Assembly (NCBI GenBank): GCA_965285935.1
Contig: OZ260663.1
Span: 20,956,001-21,020,000 of the forward strand
DNA from: Ophelia neglecta
Taxonomy: Eukaryota
Length of the DNA: 64,000 nt
Direction: 5' to 3'
A program made the translations under genes and the position numbers. The notes below the pieces were generated by a model, which did not search any database, had not been told where the DNA came from, and saw only the letters and a program-made list of their open reading frames with translations. Positions 1 through 13,294 of this stretch are shown piece by piece (the stretch's first letter is position 1; each line of letters opens with the position of its first letter).

Positions 1-2666
1 ATTGTATTATCTTTACATACTCACAGCAGTGTCCCTATCTAAGTCACTCAAGATAAGGCCTTAGGATTTTGAAGAAATTGTATAAACAGAATAAACACCT
101 ACAATAGGCAGGAGTAGGCAAAATATTTGTTTATTTTCATAGTAAGATTATTTACAATTATAATAATGGGGCTTGATATTTGTTGACCTGCAGTTGTGGT
201 TTTTAGCGAAGATTTAATCGATCATTCCTGATCAAATATTTTTTGTATTTTCTGCCAGGCATCCACTCCCATGTTTGTTTAGATTGTACGTCCCTATAAC
301 TATCTACCTATAAAACGTTCTATGGTTTGTGCCGAGATCTAGGTACAAAATGTCTGGTGTGCACAAGTAAGCCTAAGTCATAACGGGTTGGGGGACCGTT
401 TTATGTTTCCAATCCTACGAACGAAATGGAATATGCGTACATTTATTTTAAACTTCTTTAAGAGCTAATAATAGTTGGATACATAGTTCTAGGAGAGTGA
501 GTAGAATTTGTCACTTAAATGAAAATGGCAAGTTGAAAGTACACGTGCAGAAAGGTGTTCCTTAGCTGTTTGAAGTTATGCGCTGCACTGCAAGATCTAG
601 CCGTAGTGGCGTGCACCAGGCACTCAATATCACGTTAATAAGTGTAGAGTTGTCGCTGGTTTGTTCGAGTTGCAGCGTCATGCAGAGGGGCGTCAAAAAC
701 AGGCAATCGACCGTTGGAAGTAAGAGATTTTCGCTTTCAGTGCTAAAGATAAATATTTAAAGCAAAACCAATTGTTGAGTCTGGTTCTAAAAAAAAAACA
801 AGTTTGTTAGTTAAAAGCAGTCAGACATAGCTGTCGTATTAAAGCGTAACTTACAACACTTCAAGTTGGAAGGGAATCTCCTCTTATAAATGCTTTCGCA
901 AATAAATATATCGCATGTCGCGGTGACTATCTTAAGACCGACCTATCACACGATTCCTCATAATAAACCATTGATTGGTGGGTGTGGTATTTTGTGTCTG
1001 AACACCGTGCATACGCTCAGATAAGTCCAGGCCAACCACATCACTGCACTCTGGTAGCACATGTACTGCTCGACTTAAGAACCTCCTGAAAAAGAAACCA
1101 GTAGCTTTGACTGATCAAGAAGTGGTCGGTTGATGCCCTGTCACATATAACTATAACCTTTAACTTATTATAAATTCAATAAATATAAAAAAACATTATT
1201 TGATAAAACCTTACACCTAACTCTCGACGATTGTGCAGCCGCTAAGGATCACGCCGCTTTAACAGGCATACAGCACATTTGGTAGCAGTCATATCACTGG
1301 TTCTTTATGATCGGGACTGCGATTAATTTCTTTTCAACTTTGCCTAAGGTAAAACTTTACGGAGCATAATGCAATATTAACAATTTTTACTATATTCATG
1401 TGTGATGGAGAAAAAACCGTCTATACGAATGTAGAACTCTGTGCATGCATAAAAATACACGTTGCAAAGGTTCGCACTCGGCTTGGCCGATGTGGATTGT
1501 CAGTCGATTGGACTTGGCATGTAAAAGTTCATTTTGACTGGGTGCCGCAGGTTTCAATGTTTTAAATGATCTAGATGTACGTTATCGATGTACAGGTAAA
1601 CTTTCTGTGTTTCTGTCGGATATCCATCCTTATTAATTATTAACAATGGTCATTGGGCATACAATGGTGCAGTGTCAGATCCGCTACTATTTTTCATCGC
1701 AGCATGTATGTCTGGTCACAACTAATGGCATACAAGCAGCAGCAATGCAACAATAAGGAAACATCGATTTATTAAGTATATAAAAACATCACAAATGATG
1801 TACCTTATTATTATAAAGGTAAAAACACGGAAGCTTATATATCCTTAGAAGGTCTTCGTCTAATTATAGTACGATGTACAAATATCAGATCCCGTAGACG
1901 TTTTTAATCTCAATTTCTTTGTTATAATACTTCTGATTTTCGAGTGTGTTGCCTTTCTCTATGTACACAAAATATGTTATCATTATAACATCCGAATATT
2001 TTCAACTAATAAAATAAAACAGGATTCTGCACTCAACCATCCCTCAGTGTCAGGTGGGGCCCAGCGTATATCAAAGGGGCAATTGACATGTTTCCTATTG
2101 CAAGTGAAATCAAATTTATGTTTTTGCAGTATATTAACTTTTTGATAGGTTTGAAATAATGTAGTGGTGTGTGGGGGATTTAGGTTGCTAATTTCTGATG
2201 ATTTCGAACCAATTAATGAACTATGATTGATTACTGGTGTCCAGTCCCGATTGTTTAAAACCGCAGCACAGTGTCGAATCCGGACACATTCCATTTACTT
2301 AAATAAATGCCACAGGAAAACTGGTGAAGAATGTTGCCTGTGCAAGGTTGGCAATGCTTTCAAACCAAAAACGCAGATTAAAAGTATCCTCTTTGGTTAA
2401 TTTTAAACACAGCCACTTGCTCCAATAACATCAAATGAAGTGTTTGAGTACAGCAGTGTAGTGATTTTAATTGTTTTATGTGTGGCATTCCATCACATGC
2501 GTTGGCTTTGAAATAGTCATGCTGGTTTTCGTTCTCCACTTGACACTTGTATTTCCGCCGATCGGAATCTTAAAACGAATAGTTTACTCTTAATCTCTTT
2601 ATTATATATGTTTAAAGCCCATTGATCAAGGCTAATAAATACCAGTTCCGTTTTATCTTTCAACAG

Positions 2667-3568
2667 GCTTAGCGGAAAGCTCCCGTCTGAGATTAAACTT
2701 TCGGTTACCTAGGGACTACACAGATATTGATGTGGCGACATTGTCTCGCGTGGAAATGGCATTCGTAAAAAAAACAGGAACAAATCATTTTCACGAGTCC
2801 ATGGATCGACTGAACATAGAGGTGATGTCAGTGCATCGGAAATTGGCCTCTTTCAAACGCCATCGGAAGGTCGTTACTGCGCATGGTCGGTGGGATGTTG
2901 TTGACGTCACTACCCTTATGAAATCGGTTATTTTAGGCAGCGACGACGATGACCACGTGAAAATCGTTTCCGCATCAATAAGTCACAAGGGCGGAATTCC
3001 TTTAAGGCAAATCTATCACGTGGCCTCGGAGGATTCCACACGACGTCCTCTGCTTGTGTTCTACTTTAACATTGCACAGGGCATGGACCACAGGCTGCTG
3101 CCATCTAGCGGAGAAGACGCGAAAGAACGTTATCGCCGCTCACTGAGCGACTTGACACCAATGCCTGCCTCTAGCCTATCGATTTTTACTACTACCACTG
3201 TAAGGCCCTCCACGGAACCCCATGTTCACACGGATGAAGAGATCTGTACACTGCATCGCTGGTATTTAGACTTCCGGCAGATGGGCTGGAACTCTTGGAT
3301 AATTGGACCGGAAGGCTTTACTGCCAACTATTGCTACGGCAAGTGCTTTGCCCCACTTCTCCGTGACACCTTGAACACTTCTAACCATGCTTTCATCAAA
3401 AGTATGTATCGCGCGACGGTAGGGCTCCATCTGACTCAGCATATCCCCGGGGCGGTGTGCGCGCCCATTAAGCTGAGCGCTATCAGCATGCTGTATATTA
3501 ATAAAGCAGGGGAGAACGTGTTAGTTGACATGCCGGAAATGGTCGCTGACAAGTGCGGCTGTCTCTAG
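2667..3568 (+). CDS. Terminal coding exon of a TGF-beta superfamily ligand (BMP/GDF-like): C-terminal prodomain plus mature domain
   Basis: Acceptor ttttatctttcaacag ends at 2666 (phase 1). The frame reads LAESSRLRLNFRLPRDYTDIDVATLSRVEMAF (prodomain-like), then PLLVFY and a furin site RYRR at 3128-3139. The cystine-knot domain reads CTLHRWYLDFRQMGWNSWIIGPEGFTANYCYGKC...NHA...VCAPIKLSAISMLY...MVADKCGCL, with stop TAG at 3566-3568. No signal-peptide exon was identified in the window. Confidence 0.95.
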
Positions 3569-6500
3569 ACATATATCGAATGACCTGTGTCGTCCTTACA
3601 CCTGTCTGAACTACCATACCTAGCATTACGCCACGTAGCACTACCTCCTCATAGCTTCGTAGTTCAATGACCGATCCCTGTAGAATCACTAACTACCTGA
3701 AACAAATTTACCTTGTTATTGAGGTGAGGCTGAGAGCTAGGCATGTGACTCAGTTAGCATGGTTTTTTTTTTTCAAACCGAAACTAAATTCAGTAACATT
3801 GAAACCGCCACTATTATCTAGACCATACAGTCGGTAAATGCATCTATACTGTATATTCTGCATCCTAGTCATTCCCTCCGAATACCACGCATTCATAGAT
3901 GTGTTTTGCAGAGATTATTTATTACACGACTTACCAATAAATATGCAAACAAGCTGTGGGTCAAAATGAAATGTGAATATAGAGAAAAAAGGAGGCGGTG
4001 ACACAGGAACATTATATCCTTTACAAGTGTCGACAGAACTTTTTTATCTTGATTATTTGGTGATCTTTGATAATTGCGTTTGGCCATCTGTTAATGACCT
4101 ATGACCCGTTCTGACATGCATGAAAAAAATACAAACGACGATAATTGGATTAGCTCTCCAAGTTTACAATTTACATAGTGTATATGGTACATATAAATAC
4201 ATATATAAATATATTATGCCTACCTTTTATATACCCAAATTTAGTATATCTAATAATATATATGTTGGTGGAATAATTAATCTTCATATAATTTCCGCCT
4301 TATCTATGGAGAAAGAGAGATCAGTTTCATCAAACAAATAAACACCCGTATTGGTATAAGTTAAAAGACTTGTTGAGCAAAGATCAGATAAGTTATAGTA
4401 AATTGGAACAGGTATTTGCCATAAACCAATGTGTACGTTATACATCGACTTGTCTTATATAAGTGGTATAAGAATGACACATCTCCATAACTAAGTACGA
4501 ATCGGGTGCTCTTTAGCGTTTTAGAAAAAGGGCACCCTAAGAGCGATTATCAGAGTCCTTTGCTTATTCAAAGATGGTTGTGGACTTGGCAGGGAGATGA
4601 ACTAACAGCCCTTGCGGTACCACCACCTAGAAATACGATCCAAACACCTCTACCATCGTACTACAGTCCCACCCCCATTATTAGTTTGGCTTACGAAGAT
4701 TATTTTGCTAACTACCCCGGTCTACTAACCGCAAGCACAAATGACAATTAACAGATGTGCATCCTTAAAAAGGAATAGCATTATTTCAGTCAATTGTTTG
4801 TCCGTCCACCTACATAAGAAAACATTAGGATTGCCTTACTCTGTAATCTTTGCCTGCACATACTCGCCTATGGATATCAGGTACCATACCATGTTGCATC
4901 AATAAATTGACAACGTCACGTAGTTTTTAAAAAAGTTTCCAATTTGTTTTTGTTTGTTTCAGGTTGTGCATACAATTATATATTTGTTTTCTTACAGTAT
5001 CTTCATATATTGCTCTAATACTTCATTTTCGAATACAAGAATATTATACAATCCAACCATATCCAGTTCTTTACACCTATGATATTTCTTGTATCATTTG
5101 TATCAATATTAGTAATAATTATATTAAAATAAGTTGATAGCTGTGAACTTAATGACACCTCCCAGGTCAATTTGCTCATCTCTGATTAAACTAATAATAG
5201 CTATTCAATGTCCACAAAGAGGGATATTATTTGGTTATCAGGCTCTTTTGGTAGAATCAGCCGAACTATCCTGTTGTTAAATTAGCCCATTGCAACTATC
5301 GATTTAAAAACTATAAATAAAGCAGAGCATCGAAAATTTACCCAAAGACACACTGGAGCAACAACGTCGTGATAAGGCTTTCTGAAACTTTGGTGCTCCA
5401 CTTAGGCTTTGGTGTCTGCTTAAAACTACACTTGATGTTGGATCAACTTATTTAACAATTATTAATTGCAAATACATCGCTGTGATATATTAATGTTCGG
5501 CACATTCTGTCAAAGTGGAAATCATAATGTTCGTCGCGGATTTGTAAATAAACGGGTGTAGGCACTCGATTGACAAATACAAATCGGTGTCCCAGAATAG
5601 TTCAGTAATCGGTCCACCATGGCCAGGTTTAGGGATTAGACCGCGCTATTATGTATTCCCATTGATCAGGTTTCAGCTTAAGATTGGCTCAGTTTAAGAC
5701 CAAATCCAGCTCTCAGAAACCGAATAAGCAAGATTAAGCACTTATCCTTATTTTACTCTGGTTAGGAGTTAAGATTCCTTTTGAGAAATGGGGCACTGGT
5801 TAGACCAAAAGCCGTCCAGGACCTGCTAAATACCAACCAGAATTATAAAACGGTAAATGAACTTTATAGGAAATTAAGTCGAATAAGATTATTAAAATCA
5901 ACAACAACCGACCCTCATTTTCATTTGCATAATTAACTTATAATATCAAGCATTATCTTACGTGATTTATAACGAAATCGGGACGGCGCGCTCATATGCA
6001 GTGATGACGTTATACCTCCTCGTATTTATTTGGCCCAAGGGTGATGCCCCTTCTGTGAACAATGAGGTTCTCAATGGCACCTGCAGTGCTTCGATGGTAA
6101 GATTCCGTTGCTGTGGTTGCCGCGAAGCCATTGCTACCCTTTTCCCACTAACATGTCAGTTTATGGTAAAAGCGTAAAAACATTGCAAACAGCGTGTCAG
6201 ACTAACTTTACACAATCTACAAATTATAAGTGAAGCGAATTCTTATTCTTTCAGGCCACCATCACTGAATCATAAATAAATTAATGATGTTTTCTATGTA
6301 TACACCAAAAGTGATTAATGGACCCACAGGGTCTACTCCATATATCTGTTTTATATAAGTTTCGCAAAAAGGTCGTGATCACTATAACATGCGGCTTAAT
6401 TTGGACGATATTTCAGTGTTTAACATTCATGTCGTATCTAGCTTAGTATTTCATTTTGGACACAACTGATAGCATTTGTTAGTGCGGGAATGTTAATGAA

Positions 6501-7893
6501 CGGTTGTATGTGCGAATCGGGTCATGTAACTTTCAAAGGCGTGCACCAAATGATCTGGCTAAAGAAATAGAACTTTTTCACAGGGTTGTTTAGTGCTCTA
6601 CATAAAGATAAAATGCAATGGGCTTAAATAATAGCGCATGATTTTTGAATTTTGCCCTTGTATATAGGAGGTTAACGAAAACTTATTGTACTGGTTTCCC
6701 TGAAGACTCTTAATCTAGGTACTTAATCGCATGATGTAGAGGGGTTAGCTTGGGTTAGGTTAAGGCCTCGTTTACGTTCACACACTACGTTTGGTTACCA
6801 AGGGGAAATTCGACCATTTGGAGGATGTGAAATCCAACACCTTCGCGTCTCGGCTCCCTTTTTACAAGCTCCCAAGTCCATCCCTGTAACTTACAGAGAT
6901 AAATGCCAAATTTTGTTTAATTAAAAGTCACACAGCTACGTGACAGTATACATGCACAACGGGCGAATCTGTTTCTAGGGTAAATGCATTTGTTCCATTT
7001 GAACAAGTGTAGCTCATTGATTGCCTATTCCTCACATAAAAACTAGCCATTGCTTTAGGTTGTAATTCAATAAATGAATGTTTGTTGTCAAGTGGAACAA
7101 ATAAATACATGGTTTACATGACAAAAAACTATATCCAGATCGTAATACATATACATATACACATGAGAACTTAATCATATCTAGATTATAATACAATATA
7201 ATGTAAACAAGTTTTGAGGGCAATATATTTCGAATTTGGGACTGAAGCGTACACATCCCAAATAATATATAAAAGACATATATCCAACAGGTCAATTCAA
7301 GTACAGTACTAATTATAAACGCTTTCAACTATAGCCCAATAGACATTGACAGTAGTAGTAGTCAATCATTTAATTTGTCAAAATATGCAAAGTTACACAT
7401 TACTGCCGATCGTAAAACTAATTAAATTTACTGGTAGACCCAATTAATGAAGTGTATTGGACGAAAAAAAATCATATTTAATAGAGTTCGGCAACAGCAA
7501 TGCACTGATTGTTACTCCTAAGGACGCTGGAGCTAGAGAACGAATTGCACGCTGAACAACATCACGTAGTAACCTAACCCCATGCACGTACGCAGGTCAG
7601 TGTCGCCCTTGCAGTGAATAGCGAAACTTCCGAGTCGAGCCCGAGGGCGTTCCAGAAGATTTATCACCTGCTGTCATGAAGCAGGGCAGGACACCGATTT
7701 AATACCTGTTACAAGTCCCGTTGTCCTCGCCATAAGCCAGATTCAGTCAGGAACAAACTTAGTCATAAAAGGCAACTTGGTAAGGATACATGATTTATTA
7801 AAATTGTGGCTTAGGATAATTTTTTAGAAATTTTCTCTCTTCGCAGTTATGTCACCACTAGAAGCACAATGGTTCGGGGAGTCGAAATGAAAT

Positions 7894-8098
7894 GTGTGTT
7901 TATTGTTGTTGTTTCTTTTTCTCCTATATTTCTTGCTTGCACATTAATTTTGTAACATTCACTTCAGGGCGTCCAGAAACAACAGCTTCATCGGCTACCT
8001 CTGGGGTCCTTGGCAATGCAATCCTTTTTACAAAATAACCTGTTATATGTACCACGTATTATGCCAGATAAAATGAATGAATGAATGAATGAATGAAT
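7894..8098 (+). mobile_element. 5'-truncated non-LTR retroelement 3' end with (ATGA)n tail
   Basis: Closely matches the reverse complement of 50334-50538; ends in GATAAA followed by (ATGA)6. Confidence 0.85.
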
Positions 8099-9857
8099 AC
8101 ATAAAAATATGCCCAGAAACACGAAGGGCTAGTATCGTGTACCTCTTTGGAATAAGAGTTCAATCCACATTATATGGTCATCAGCAGAGCTAACTGAGCT
8201 AACCCATCCCAAGAATGAACCAGTTGAACTTTGAATTATCTCTTAAAACTATCATATATGTAGCGCAAATGGAGCTAACATGAACACACTATCTACGATA
8301 GAGCTTGTTTGTGTGTGGCGGGGTGAGGGGGGGGGTTAAGCAAATTAAACGACACTGGTAATAGACATAACTCAAGTGAACTACATGTAGTTAAAATTTC
8401 CAACTAATTCAAAATCAGCATAACCACTTCAAACCCCTCATTATCCGCCCCCCACCCCTCTAGGCCCCATGTCGTCAAACGTTGGCAAGATCGGCGTCGG
8501 CAGAAGCTCTGCATGTGGACGTCGGCCTGCCATCGGTACAAGGTCGACAAAGACGCTGTCGGCAGTAGGTCGACATGTTTAGGTCGGCCCGATGTTGGAA
8601 AACGTTGGCCAGTTTGGCGTCGGCATAACATATCCAATTAATGTTGGCACATTCTGAAAGAAATTCTGGAAAAAGTTCAGTATGATCCCTTTCCGAAGAA
8701 GGTCAATATATTGCTGTTAGTCCAATTTTGGCTAAGGGTGGCTGAGTTATCGTCGAATGAATTTTTGCGGTTTTATGTAAGACTTAACTGAGATGAATAC
8801 TGTTTAACTGTCCTCATGTCTGACATGAAATAAGTGTGTCAGCGTAAAGGAAAAATTAGCTTATTTCTATGGTAGAAAAGTTAATTATTTAAATTTGTGT
8901 TAATGACGAGCAACGCTTAGGCGGACGATGTTCCGACATTGGGCCAACCAGCTGTAGCTTACCGCTAGAAGGCGCTTGATCCTTAAACGTTTCAACCAAT
9001 CAGAGAAAGGCAAATTCAAAGTTTGACAAATCAGAGAAAAGTAAAAAAAAAAGAAGACATTCAAATAGTTTAGCTCGTGTTTTAGGAAGACAGGAATCGA
9101 TCTAAATGCACAGGGACTAAGTATTATGAGCCTACGAGATTAAACCGGCCAAGTACAAGTCTCAGAGGCGTCAACATTAGACGGTTGGTACACCGACTTT
9201 TTGACCTTTGTGCCAACTTACTGTCAACTGTCTAAAAAAAACGTTCCGCAGACGTCCGGTCGAATTTTGCCGACGCAACACAGTGCCGACGACGAGCTTT
9301 CGGGCTTGAGCCGGCCAAGTAGAAGTCCCCAGGACGTCCACATTTAACGGCGGGCAGGTGGTACAACATACGCCGGGCATACATGCAGTGGCCATTATGT
9401 ATAAGGTATTCCAGCTATAGGAATAAAGCGGGGGGGGGGGGGGGGGGGGGTCGTATATGGAGGGAAGGTTGATCCCAAGATTTTTCATGCAAAGTAAGGC
9501 CCACTAGTTGAAGGCGCCCCTCCCCCCCCCCCCCCCCCCAGAAACGACCACATCCACCTCCCCCTTGCCGGTCTTTGTAGGACTCTAGGCCAAAATAATA
9601 TTATGTTCACCTAGAAAGAAATGTTAAAAACAAGATGAAAATAAGGGGCAGTTTGCCAATCATCCCTAAAATAGTCGAGAGGCGATTAATGATTTCTTAA
9701 TTAAATAAACAATTATGTGAGCCCAAGAACAGTACGAGCGATAAGGGTTAGTGTGCGAAAAGTTGGCAAACATGGGGCCTAGGCACAGTCCACTTTCTGT
9801 GCCTCTTACAGTTTATTTTGTATACATAAGTTTCAAGTGCCAGTGCTTTACATTTCT

Positions 9858-10043
9858 CACGTAGCAACCGCATCGGCCACCCCGGCCGGACCACATTTTC
9901 CCCAAAGCTAAGATGACTAGATTGCTTTAAATAGAACTCGTTGACACCTCATTTTGTAAACATATTCCGTGGGGGGGGGGAGGCATGCCCCCGAACCCCC
10001 TAGCATCGCCGGACCACTCTAAAATACCTGGCTACGTCCCCTG
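9858..10043. mobile_element. Partial hAT-like MITE within a cluster of G/C-run elements (about 9420-10070)
   Basis: Right end CTGGCTACGTCCCCTG; internal GGGGGAGGCATGCCCCCGAACCCCCTAG; repeated GCCGGACCAC. Confidence 0.55.
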
Positions 10044-11471
10044 GCGGGGGGATAGGGGGGGGGGGGGTTACTATTGACAAAGCACATGGCTGGTTTGGTC
10101 AATATGGAAGAAAAATGAGGTCAAATTCCGACTTGTTAACAAGTGCACGCCTGATACCATCAACATTAAGGTTTGAGTTGAACGTGTTTTGGAGCGAATT
10201 CTGCACATATATTCAGGCACTAAAACATGTTTTTTTTGGGTGGTTGGGGAGGGATCCGTCGTGGTCATTTTATGGTTAAGTTTTTGATGTGAATGGGCGC
10301 GACCAACAGTTCGACGTGTTATAAAAAGAAATCATTAGAATATTATTTTCTGGGAGGCTTTCTAGGCAAATCTGTGTAGATATGTGAGAACGGAACAGAC
10401 CAAACAAAGTTGTATGCGAAAAACGGGTCGGGGACGAGAAAAGATGCTGAGCAGACGACATTCGTCCAAAACAAGCCGCAGACGGAAATAGTCAGCACAT
10501 TCATATTGCAGTTTCGCGTTTTACGCAAGGCGCATAGTCCTGCAGATTAACATGTAGATTTTTTTTATATTGTTCGTACGGATCCTTTCAAAGATCAAGC
10601 TAGGAATGGGAAAATCGGATAACTATTAAAGGTTGAACGAATTGGACCAATTTGGGTTTTAACCATTTATTTGTTTATAAGTACATTAAACAATTAATTA
10701 AAATGTTGCACTCACGCCGACCTTAACAATTAAACAATGTTTCAACTCCTAGTAAAAATCTGATATTGTGAAAACTGGTGTATAAATGTGTAGTTTCACT
10801 GTGTTACCGGACGATTTATCGCCTTCTCGGTATGAACTGTCTGCTCGGGGAGGTGTTCGGTGGTAACTTAAGTCCTAGGAGCTTTTAAGGAAAACCCCAA
10901 AGTTCCGATTGTGCTTAGTTCGTTCTATTCGAATGCCACAAGAGTATACACTGAGTAGCTGCCATAGAGAATGGCCAACAAAGACTTCACATGCTAACTT
11001 AGCGGCCGGCTAATATATTGATACAGGACCCCGCCCCGCCCTGGACTCCAGCCGGCCAGGGCCTTTACAGACTTAATCCTTTTCTAGCAACCTATGTATA
11101 TGTTTTAATCCGGATTAAGTAATCTACTCCCAAAATTTAGTAGATTTAATCCTTAGTCCAGGAACCACCAACCGGCCCCCAGCAGGAGGTTATCTCTTCG
11201 CATTGAGTAAGCGGTAGTGTTTGCAGGACTGTTGTGCCAAGCGCAGATTTTATTTGGCTGAAGAGAATAAGGTGATCCCGAGTTGGGCAGTACCAAACCC
11301 GCCGTCATGCGTCGCCACCATACTTCCCAGCCAGTTGTGGGTACCTATATTAATGCCGCAGTCTTTTTTAAAGACTCTTCTTGTTCTGGAATAAACATTC
11401 AATAGGAGAGTGGAATATAATGCTGCACGCACACGTGATGTAATTGTATATTATATTAAACAGTGATTGGA

Positions 11472-11652
11472 CAGTGGAAGATCCAAAATTCAGGAAGGGG
11501 GGGGGGGGGGGCAAATTTTCCAAGGCTGACAATGCAAATTTCCGGATTGTCCCGGTTACCAACCCACTGAAAGAAGATACAGGCCCTGGTCCAGGCCCAC
11601 TTTTTGGGGAAAGGGGGGCTGCCCCCCCCCCCCCTGAATCATGCAGCCACTG
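11472..11652. mobile_element. hAT-like MITE with G-run/C-run subterminal arms
   Basis: CAGTGGAAGATCCA..GGGGGG ... CCCCCCTGAATCATGCAGCCACTG; flanked by TTGGA on both sides. Confidence 0.75.
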
Positions 11653-12199
11653 TTGGAATACTATATTGATAGTCTTATGCATAACTGTTTAATGCATCAT
11701 TGTCTTGTTGATGTACCTTTGAATTTTCTAGCCTCCATGTATATAAGAGAACAATGTTATTAAGAAAATAACCCTGTCTACCCTAATCTAGCCTCACGCC
11801 GAATACTGTGGACGCCAGAGCACTGCATGGCGCCTAGCAAACAGCCCAGCCACACAGGTTACCAATGTGCTTCGAGTTCACTAGACCGTGACGATTTAAG
11901 GCAAGCGCGGGTCAAAAACAATAACCTAGCCATATTATGTTAGGTCAATACTATAGTTGTGCAATATCAGACCTAAAATTTGCCATGGCACTATGGTCAA
12001 TTATTGTTGGATTGTCGACATGTTGGCATGGTTCATACTAGAAACGCTCTGTTCCGAAGTAAGGCATTCTTAACTTTTATGCGCGATATGTAAAAACTAG
12101 AGGGAATACCATAAGAAAGTGTGCACGCCCTTGCACCGAAACAAGCCAAGTCAGTCTAGAGGAATTCCTGAGGATATCGATAATTAAAAGCTGTGAAGA

Positions 12200-13294
12200 A
12201 TGAGGAACACAGAACAAAGGTGGATCATATTAACTTTCACCGTGGGTATTCTTATGTGTCAAATGCTGTTGTTGAACCATTCCGATTTGAAGACCACCTA
12301 TCTACGAACAGAGCCAGGGGTTATTGAAGATACCGACCAGGTGCCGTCTTCTAAGGACACTAGAAAGGAAATTAAGACTGAAGCTGATCGTAATATAAGT
12401 GGCTTAAATAAACCACCTGTAGTCAGTCCATTTGTCTGGAAATTTCTCGTTTTACCTAAGGATCCGTGTCCGGCGCAAGAAACAATTCATTTATTATGCA
12501 TTGTCCCTACGGATCCATTCAAATATCAAGCAAGGATGAACATACGAACTACATGGGGAGCTTCTGCTAACTATAAGTGGTTAAATGTGACCGTAAAAAC
12601 TTTGTTTGTTATGGGCGTACCGCAAAGAGTAAACCAAACCCTGGTTGATGGCCTCCGGTGGGAACTTGAAACTTTCCAGGATATCATAATCGGCAATTTT
12701 GTTGACGATTATTACAACCTTACGACCAAAATGAGGGTTGCTTTCCGGTACGCGTCTCAACATTGTGCACATGCGCTCTATACTCTAAAGATTGACGACG
12801 ATGTTTTGCTGGATGTGTTTCAAATTTTCAAATATTTGCATTTATTTCTGAGGAAATCAAACTTTATTGCATGTCACGCACTGTATGATAAGCCAGTTTT
12901 AAGAGATCCATCTTTAAAATGGTATATTTCCGAGTCACAATACCCTGAACCCACGTACCCACCATATTGCAATGGACCGATGTATCTGATGCCCAGAGGC
13001 ATGCCGTCTGCTATTGATGACTATGCTGCCTACGTCAAGCCCTTCCCGTTAGAGGACGTCAATTTTACCGGCTTAGTGAGAGAAGCCATCGGGGGTATAA
13101 CTCTTTATAATATGAAACACCACACTATTTTGTGGGAGGAAAAGAAAGTACGCTTCCTGCCGGAGGAGATGTTGGTACGGTCTCTCGCCACCCACAGGAT
13201 AAGCGAAGAAAAGTTCTTCAAAATATGGAAGAAGAAAAAGTCTATCTTTTTAAATAAAATGGCCATGGTACAAGTGTCTAAGGTTAATGGCTAA
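12200..13294 (+). CDS. Intronless glycosyltransferase family 31 (beta-1,3-galactosyltransferase / B3GALT1/5-like), type II Golgi membrane protein, 364 aa
   Basis: N-terminal TM anchor WIILTFTVGILMCQMLLL followed by a stem region. GT31 motifs: R..IRTTWG, DIIIGNFVDDYYNLTTK, KIDDDV (DxD), YPPYCNGPMY, PLEDVNFTG. Acceptor specificity cannot be read from the sequence. Confidence 0.95.
   Translation: MRNTEQRWIILTFTVGILMCQMLLLNHSDLKTTYLRTEPGVIEDTDQVPSSKDTRKEIKTEADRNISGLNKPPVVSPFVWKFLVLPKDPCPAQETIHLLCIVPTDPFKYQARMNIRTTWGASANYKWLNVTVKTLFVMGVPQRVNQTLVDGLRWELETFQDIIIGNFVDDYYNLTTKMRVAFRYASQHCAHALYTLKIDDDVLLDVFQIFKYLHLFLRKSNFIACHALYDKPVLRDPSLKWYISESQYPEPTYPPYCNGPMYLMPRGMPSAIDDYAAYVKPFPLEDVNFTGLVREAIGGITLYNMKHHTILWEEKKVRFLPEEMLVRSLATHRISEEKFFKIWKKKKSIFLNKMAMVQVSKVNG

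Noticed and set aside
11368-11692. Gly/Pro-rich ORFs on both strands (also 9177-9488)
   Set aside because: Translations of G and C homopolymer runs in MITEs.
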